Part shown: piece by piece, positions 15,077-19,931 of the stretch
Layout: each line of letters opens with the position of its first letter
Position numbering within the stretch: position 1 is the stretch's first letter
Source: Candidatus Eiseniibacteriota bacterium
GTDB taxonomy: Bacteria; Eisenbacteria; RBG-16-71-46; JABDJR01; JAWXBZ01
Reading direction: 5' to 3'
Length of the DNA: 19,931 nt
Assembly (NCBI GenBank): GCA_034440375.1
Contig: JAWXBZ010000198.1
Coordinates: forward strand, 1-19,931
Translations under genes and position numbers: made by a program
The notes under the pieces: generated by a model
Database searches by the model: none
What the model was told of the DNA's origin: nothing
What the model saw: the letters and a program-made list of their open reading frames with translations, nothing else

Positions 15077-16068
15077 CCTGGATTTTTCTCCCGCTGGCCC
15101 TGTCGTCCGGCCTGGTCGCCACTTTCCTGGCCTTCGCGCAGCATGCGCTGCTGTCGGCGGTTGCCGAGCGGGATCTGGAGGGTCCCCGGGGTGAGGACTA
15201 TGCGGACCAGGCGATGGTCACCCGCCTGATGGAGCGGCCCCGTTCGGTTTATCTCCAGCTGTCGGCGCTGCGCAATGCGCTCCGATGGCTTGCCATTGCC
15301 GCGGCGGCGGCGCTCGGCGTGCCGGCCGGCACCTATGGAGTTCTGGGCGCGGCGCTTCTCGCGGCAGCGATCCTGGTTCTGCTCGAGGAGGAACTGCCGC
15401 TCCGACTGGTGCTGCGCGATCCCATCGGCTGGGCCCTGCGGCTCCTGCCGCCACTGGAGCTTCCCCTTCGGGCGCTCCGCTCCCTCGGCTGGCTGTTCGA
15501 GGGAATCTACACTGGTTGCCGACTCCTGGTCCGTACCAGCCACCGCCGCGAGCCGCCACTCTCGGTCGAGGAGTTGACCATGATGGCCGCCTCGGGCGGT
15601 GCCGATCTCGGCATCGAGGAGCGGCGAATTCTGCGGGGCATCTTTCGATCGAGCGGTATCCTGGTGGCCGACATCATGACGCCGCGGGATCGTGTCCAGG
15701 CCCTCGACGCGGCCGGCAATGTCGGGCGGGCTCTCGAAATGTTTCGTTCGTCCCGCCACTCAAGGGTGCCGGTATACGAGGACTCCATGGACCGCGTTGT
15801 CGGCGTGGCCCATGCCAAGGACTTTCTCCGGCTGACCTACGACGCCACCGCCCAGGCCGCCCCGCTCCAAGATTTCCTGCGCGCCGCCTATTTCGTGCGT
15901 CAGGATCGGCGGATCCACGAACTGTTCGAGGAATTGCGCGAGGGACGCATCCACCTGGCTGTTGTGGTCGACCGACTCGGCCGCACGACGGGCATCGTCA
16001 GCCTGGACGACATCCTGGAAGAGATCGTCGGCGAACTGCACGATGACCTGGAAACGGCGGCCCGATGA
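15073..16068 (+). CDS. CNNM/hemolysin-family (DUF21 + CBS pair) membrane protein lacking C-terminal CorC domain
   Basis: Hydrophobic N-terminal region, VADIMTPR, HSRVPVY, HLAVVVDRLGRTTGIVSLDDILEEIVGE. ATGA overlap with ybeY. Confidence 0.88.
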   Translation: MTWIFLPLALSSGLVATFLAFAQHALLSAVAERDLEGPRGEDYADQAMVTRLMERPRSVYLQLSALRNALRWLAIAAAAALGVPAGTYGVLGAALLAAAILVLLEEELPLRLVLRDPIGWALRLLPPLELPLRALRSLGWLFEGIYTGCRLLVRTSHRREPPLSVEELTMMAASGGADLGIEERRILRGIFRSSGILVADIMTPRDRVQALDAAGNVGRALEMFRSSRHSRVPVYEDSMDRVVGVAHAKDFLRLTYDATAQAAPLQDFLRAAYFVRQDRRIHELFEELREGRIHLAVVVDRLGRTTGIVSLDDILEEIVGELHDDLETAAR

Positions 16069-16084
16069 TGTGGAGCCGAGCCCG

Positions 16085-17293
16085 ATGATACTGTGGCTGG
16101 TCGTGCTGCTCCTCCTGCTCCTGGCTCTTGCACTGCGCTCCGCCGCGGGGGGGCTCACGGCGATGGATCCCTCGCGCCTGGCGCCGACCGAGGAGGCGGC
16201 TGGCCTGGCCGCGCCGCCCCGGCTCGAACAGGCCGTCGCCGTCGCGCAATTCGGGTCCGCCCTGTCGGCGGCCGGGTCGGCAGCCCTGGCTTCCGGCGCC
16301 GCCATGGAACGATTCGGCTGGGGGGGCTTCGCTGCCGTCTGGGTGGCAGCCGGCGTCCTTGCCTACCCCTTGCTTGAAATATTCCCCTTCCTTTACCTGA
16401 CGCCACGCGGCGGGCGACGGATGGCGGCGGGGCTCCTGGCCTACTGGCCGCTCTCACTGCCGCTCGGCGCAATTCGGAGCGCACTCCGCTGGGTCATCGA
16501 ACGGATCATCCCCGGTCCCGGCCCGAACTCGTCGGTCGTGATGGCCGTCCGGCGGGAGACGCTTGCTGCACTCTCCGACGAGCGGGGAGAGGCCCGCACC
16601 TTGCGTCAGGCGCAGAAGCAGCTGGTGACACAGGTCTACGAGTTCAGCGAATCAACCGTGGCGGAGGTGATGGTGCCGCGGAGCCGCGTGGTGGGGCTTC
16701 CGGCCGAGTCGACGGTGGGGGATGCCGTGGCGCTTGAGGCCGAGCATCAATTCAGCCGGTACCCGGTCTTTCGCGGAACGCTCGATCAGATTGACGGCGT
16801 GCTGCATATCCACGATCTCCTTTCCGCGCCGGACCTCGCGTCTTCCATCACGCCGCACCTTCGGTCAATCCCGTTCGCGCCGGAGGCCAAGAAGTGCGAT
16901 GAACTCCTGTCAGAACTCCGGCGCGGGCATCACCACGCCGCCATCGTCGTGGACGAATTCGGTGGTACCGCCGGCTGGGTCACGGTGGAGGATCTGCTCG
17001 AGGAACTCGTCGGCGAGATTCGGGACGAGCATGATATCGAGGAGGAGGCGGTCCGCTCCATTGGCCGCCGGACCTGGATGGTGGATGCCAGCATCCGGAT
17101 CGACGACCTGAATCGATCCCTTCATCTGGAGATTCCCGACGGGGACTACGAGACGCTGGCCGGCTATCTCCTGGAGGAGATGCAGCGGATTCCCCGGCGG
17201 GGCGAGGCACTGCTGATCGAGGGGGTTCGCTTCGTGATGGCCGAGGTGGACTCGCGGCGCATCCTGAAGGTGCGTGTCGAGCGGGTTGACTGA
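16085..17293 (+). CDS. CNNM/hemolysin-family (TM + CBS pair + CorC/HlyC) protein
   Basis: [57 protein letters not shown]...IP...[14 protein letters not shown] at 16072-16075 before ATG 16085. Confidence 0.9.
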   Translation: MILWLVVLLLLLLALALRSAAGGLTAMDPSRLAPTEEAAGLAAPPRLEQAVAVAQFGSALSAAGSAALASGAAMERFGWGGFAAVWVAAGVLAYPLLEIFPFLYLTPRGGRRMAAGLLAYWPLSLPLGAIRSALRWVIERIIPGPGPNSSVVMAVRRETLAALSDERGEARTLRQAQKQLVTQVYEFSESTVAEVMVPRSRVVGLPAESTVGDAVALEAEHQFSRYPVFRGTLDQIDGVLHIHDLLSAPDLASSITPHLRSIPFAPEAKKCDELLSELRRGHHHAAIVVDEFGGTAGWVTVEDLLEELVGEIRDEHDIEEEAVRSIGRRTWMVDASIRIDDLNRSLHLEIPDGDYETLAGYLLEEMQRIPRRGEALLIEGVRFVMAEVDSRRILKVRVERVD

Positions 17294-17323
17294 GTCCGGC
17301 TTTTCGGCGAAAGATGCGATCCC

Positions 17324-18157
17324 ATGGCCATCGAGAAGAGTGAAGCGCTGGTCCTCCGGGCCATCAAGTATGGCGAGACCAGCAAGATTCTGACGTTGCT
17401 CACCCGGGATTTCGGACTCCTCAAGGCGATCGCCAAGGGAGTGCGAGGCAGCCGCCCGAAGTTCGGCAGCGCCCTCGAGTCATTTGCCTGCTGCGAGATC
17501 GTCGTCTACCGCCGCCGCGATCGCGACCTTCATCTGATCGGTTCGGCCGATCTGATCGAGGCCCACCTCCCGCTCGGGGCGAGTCTTTCCCGCTATGCGT
17601 TTGCCTCGGCCATTGTGGAGTTCATTCCGCGGGTGGTGACCGGTGAGGTGAGTGAGGTGGGCGCTGTGCCGGACCCGGTTCCGCTGTCGGAGTCCGCCGC
17701 GCTGTACCAGGAGGCTCGCTGGGCGATCGGTCTCATGAACCTGGCTCCGCTCGACACGCTGCCATATGTTCTGCGGGCCTTCCAGTTGCGATTCGTTTCG
17801 CTCCTCGGGCACGGCATGGAGCTGCACACCTGTCTCAACTGCGGGCGTGAGATCGGCGAGGCCGGCGGCCGGGGCCTTGGTCCCGCCGCCGGCGCACTGG
17901 CCCTTTCCGCCGGGCAGGGGGGCCTGTACTGCGTCGAATGCGCCCATGACACCTCGGGGACGGTGGCCGTGAGCCCCGCGGCCCTGGCTGTCCTGCGGGC
18001 CTACGTGGAAAACGACCTGGCCGTGGCTGCCCGCCAAAATTTACAACCGATGGTGCGCGCAGAAGTTGGGCGTGTCATGGAAGCCTTCCTGACCGCACAG
18101 TTCGACGGCTACCGCGGATTGCGCTCGCTGAAGCTCGCGGCCAGCGTGGGTGGGTAG
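17324..18157 (+). CDS. recO: DNA repair protein RecO
   Basis: ALVLRAIKYGETSKILTLLTRDFGLLKAIAKGVR N-terminal OB fold; CLNC...CVEC zinc finger; LRSL C-terminus. Confidence 0.93.
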   Translation: MAIEKSEALVLRAIKYGETSKILTLLTRDFGLLKAIAKGVRGSRPKFGSALESFACCEIVVYRRRDRDLHLIGSADLIEAHLPLGASLSRYAFASAIVEFIPRVVTGEVSEVGAVPDPVPLSESAALYQEARWAIGLMNLAPLDTLPYVLRAFQLRFVSLLGHGMELHTCLNCGREIGEAGGRGLGPAAGALALSAGQGGLYCVECAHDTSGTVAVSPAALAVLRAYVENDLAVAARQNLQPMVRAEVGRVMEAFLTAQFDGYRGLRSLKLAASVGG

Positions 18158-18167
18158 GGGAGCTGGG

Positions 18168-18248
18168 CCGAACTCGCACCGGTGCGAGTTCGGGCGAAAA
18201 AGGCCGGCTCAACTCGCACCGGTGCGAGTTCGGTTAGACATGTCTAAC
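18168..18248. repeat. cluster of perfect palindromes / 23-bp direct repeat
   Basis: CCGAACTCGCACCGGTGCGAGTTCGG (18168-18193, perfect 26-bp palindrome); AACTCGCACCGGTGCGAGTTCGG repeated at 18211-18233 (40-bp period); GTTAGACATGTCTAAC (18233-18248, perfect 16-bp palindrome). Confidence 0.95.
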
Positions 18249-18319
18249 TCAAATCGGCCCCGGAGCAGGGCCGGCTACTCGCGATTGACTCGATGCGGTG
18301 CGGTCGGGGCCCCGATTCC

Positions 18320-19774
18320 CTATCGAACAACCATGAGGCGTCGGACTGCCACGCCCGGGGAATTGCCGGAACGGGCGAAGTAGTGCCCCGGAGATGCAAG
18401 AGTCCCGTGAGCCGTTCGGCCATCCCATTCGAACTCAATTGACCCCTCCGCTTCCCCACCTCGCCGGTTGGAACGGCGTCCGATGAGATCCGCCACCCGC
18501 CGGCCGGTGATGTCGACGATGGAGACCGTCACGAAGTCTTCCGCCTTTAAGCTCGTGACCTGGCGCGCCCCCGTTTTTTCCGTCGTCGTCGTCGAAAGGA
18601 CAATGCGAACCGGATCACCGGAGTTGACGAGAACCATTGGCATCGCCGGTGGTGCGGGCGTCACCGTAATCTCCGGAACCTCTGGCGCCGCCATCACCAC
18701 CGGAGCCTCCGGTGCCACCGTCATCACCGAAACGTCGGCGGCGCCCTCGGGGTTAACCGGAAACGGGGTGTAACAGAAATAGGGCCAGCCCCGCAGGAAT
18801 TGGGGCACCCGCCGGCCCAGATGCGCCAGCGAAAAGAGCGTGCCGTGGCCCCTGAAGTCGATATCGCCGAGTGAAATTACACTTCCCGTTATGATCCAGT
18901 TGCTGGACGAGAAGTCAAACGTGCCGGTCGAATAGATTCCGATCGGATAATTCCCGCTCCCGATGGCTACCGGTCCCGATGAGATGAGATGCTTGACTGC
19001 GAGGCCGAGACCCGCCACCGGTTCCATCTGGACCCGTCCCTTGAGAATGGTCGTGCCCCCAATCCAGTAGAATTGACTGAGCCGGTCATTTGGGGTGGCG
19101 CCGACGAAACGGGTGTTGATCAGCGTGGCTCGAATCGGCGGTCCGCCGGCACCGATCGTGAGGTTCGTGACCCCGTAAACGAACGGTGTGGCAGCAGCGA
19201 AGTTGCCGATCACTGCCGAATCACCGGCCGTCGGCGGAAATATGCCGGTGGCGGCGTCAAACGGCCACCCGGATCGGCACTCGATCTCGAGAAGATTTCC
19301 AGGTGTAAGCTTCCACACGATGTCCGGGTGGGGAGAGGTCCCATCCGGCCAACTTTCGAGAGTGAGGCCATGGCGGTCACGCAATTCCAGGATCGGCGCG
19401 CCGGCAATGCGGCGGGCCAGGACCTCATAGCAGGTGCTTCCGGGGAACGAGTCGGGTTCGGTGTAGAGCGGTGGCGGGAAAATCGTGTAACTGGTGCCGG
19501 CAAGACCGCCACACCGAACTCGCCGCGCACCGTCAAGATCACCATTCGCGTGAAGGCTGGCGTTGGCGCACAGTTGTCCGCTGATCCGAATGTTGCTGAC
19601 GCCGAGAACGCCATTGAGATGGCAGCTTGGCTGCCCAAGCGCCGTCGGCGGTTGAACCAGCCCGAAGGGCGCGGTCATGATGGCCACCAGGCAGACGATC
19701 GCCACCCGCCGCCCGATCATCACCCTCGCGCCCATCGCCATCCGCCGAACAAGGAACATCGATCCGTTCCGCAT
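18320..19774 (-). CDS. secreted hypothetical protein with C-terminal FlgD Ig-like / sorting-type domain
   Basis: Signal-peptide-like RRVAIVCLVAIMTAPFGLVQPPTALG. C-terminal VTVSIVDITGRRVADL...FEWDGRTAHGTLASPGHYFAR...RRLMVVR is the FlgD_ig-type tail. GAGG SD precedes ATG 19774 (start uncertain). Confidence 0.8.
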   Translation of the reverse strand: MRNGSMFLVRRMAMGARVMIGRRVAIVCLVAIMTAPFGLVQPPTALGQPSCHLNGVLGVSNIRISGQLCANASLHANGDLDGARRVRCGGLAGTSYTIFPPPLYTEPDSFPGSTCYEVLARRIAGAPILELRDRHGLTLESWPDGTSPHPDIVWKLTPGNLLEIECRSGWPFDAATGIFPPTAGDSAVIGNFAAATPFVYGVTNLTIGAGGPPIRATLINTRFVGATPNDRLSQFYWIGGTTILKGRVQMEPVAGLGLAVKHLISSGPVAIGSGNYPIGIYSTGTFDFSSSNWIITGSVISLGDIDFRGHGTLFSLAHLGRRVPQFLRGWPYFCYTPFPVNPEGAADVSVMTVAPEAPVVMAAPEVPEITVTPAPPAMPMVLVNSGDPVRIVLSTTTTEKTGARQVTSLKAEDFVTVSIVDITGRRVADLIGRRSNRRGGEAEGSIEFEWDGRTAHGTLASPGHYFARSGNSPGVAVRRLMVVR

Positions 19775-19931
19775 CACGCGATCCTCTCGATTCTCAGTTG
19801 ACCACCACGACCCGCTCGGTCGAGCGGCCCACGGACGATTCCAGTGAAAGATAGAAGACACCGGAGGAAGCGCCGCGTCGCCCGGATCTCGCGCCCCCGC
19901 CTCCACCGGACGGGCTCCCACCCCCTGAAGC

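Noticed and set aside
15073-17293. Hemolysin virulence genes
   Set aside because: The 'hemolysin' label is a legacy name for CNNM/CorB-CorC Mg2+-homeostasis proteins routinely found next to ybeY.
18168-18250. CRISPR mini-array
   Set aside because: Only two repeat copies, a 17-nt spacer, loop-less palindromes, no AT-rich leader and no cas genes in the window.
18150-18383. 77-aa ORF across the palindrome cluster
   Set aside because: It reads through palindromic DNA, overlaps the convergent gene and has no domain evidence.
18989-19801. 270-aa plus-strand ORF opposite the secreted protein
   Set aside because: No motif; the minus frame has a signal peptide, SD and recognisable C-terminal domain.

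Overview
GC-rich bacterial chromosomal segment. The C-terminal FlgD-Ig-type tail of the last gene suggests an FCB-group or related candidate-phylum organism (inference). Most of it is housekeeping: a stand-alone PTS EIIA (+), a five-S1-domain RpsA-like gene (-), a (+) run of ccsA/hemX-like, hemA, an unknown membrane-anchored protein, vanZ-like, hisS and aspS, then the conserved phoH / 7TM-HD phosphodiesterase / ybeY / two CNNM-CBS / recO cluster, and a convergent secreted protein gene (-). The most unusual element is a two-gene module at 2599-4618 (-). It encodes an apparent NuoJ-NuoK fusion and a NuoN homolog in which essentially all proton-pumping charged residues are replaced, and it is transcribed divergently from a WWD-degenerate CcsA/hemA unit through what looks like one bidirectional sigma70 promoter. 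Other notable points are chains of ATGA-coupled mini-ORFs at two gene junctions, a cluster of perfect palindromes after recO, a structured leader before the S1 gene, and an AT-rich dyad island before phoH. No CRISPR array, rRNA, tRNA or transposase was seen. All homology calls are by-eye motif recognition from memory, not database searches.
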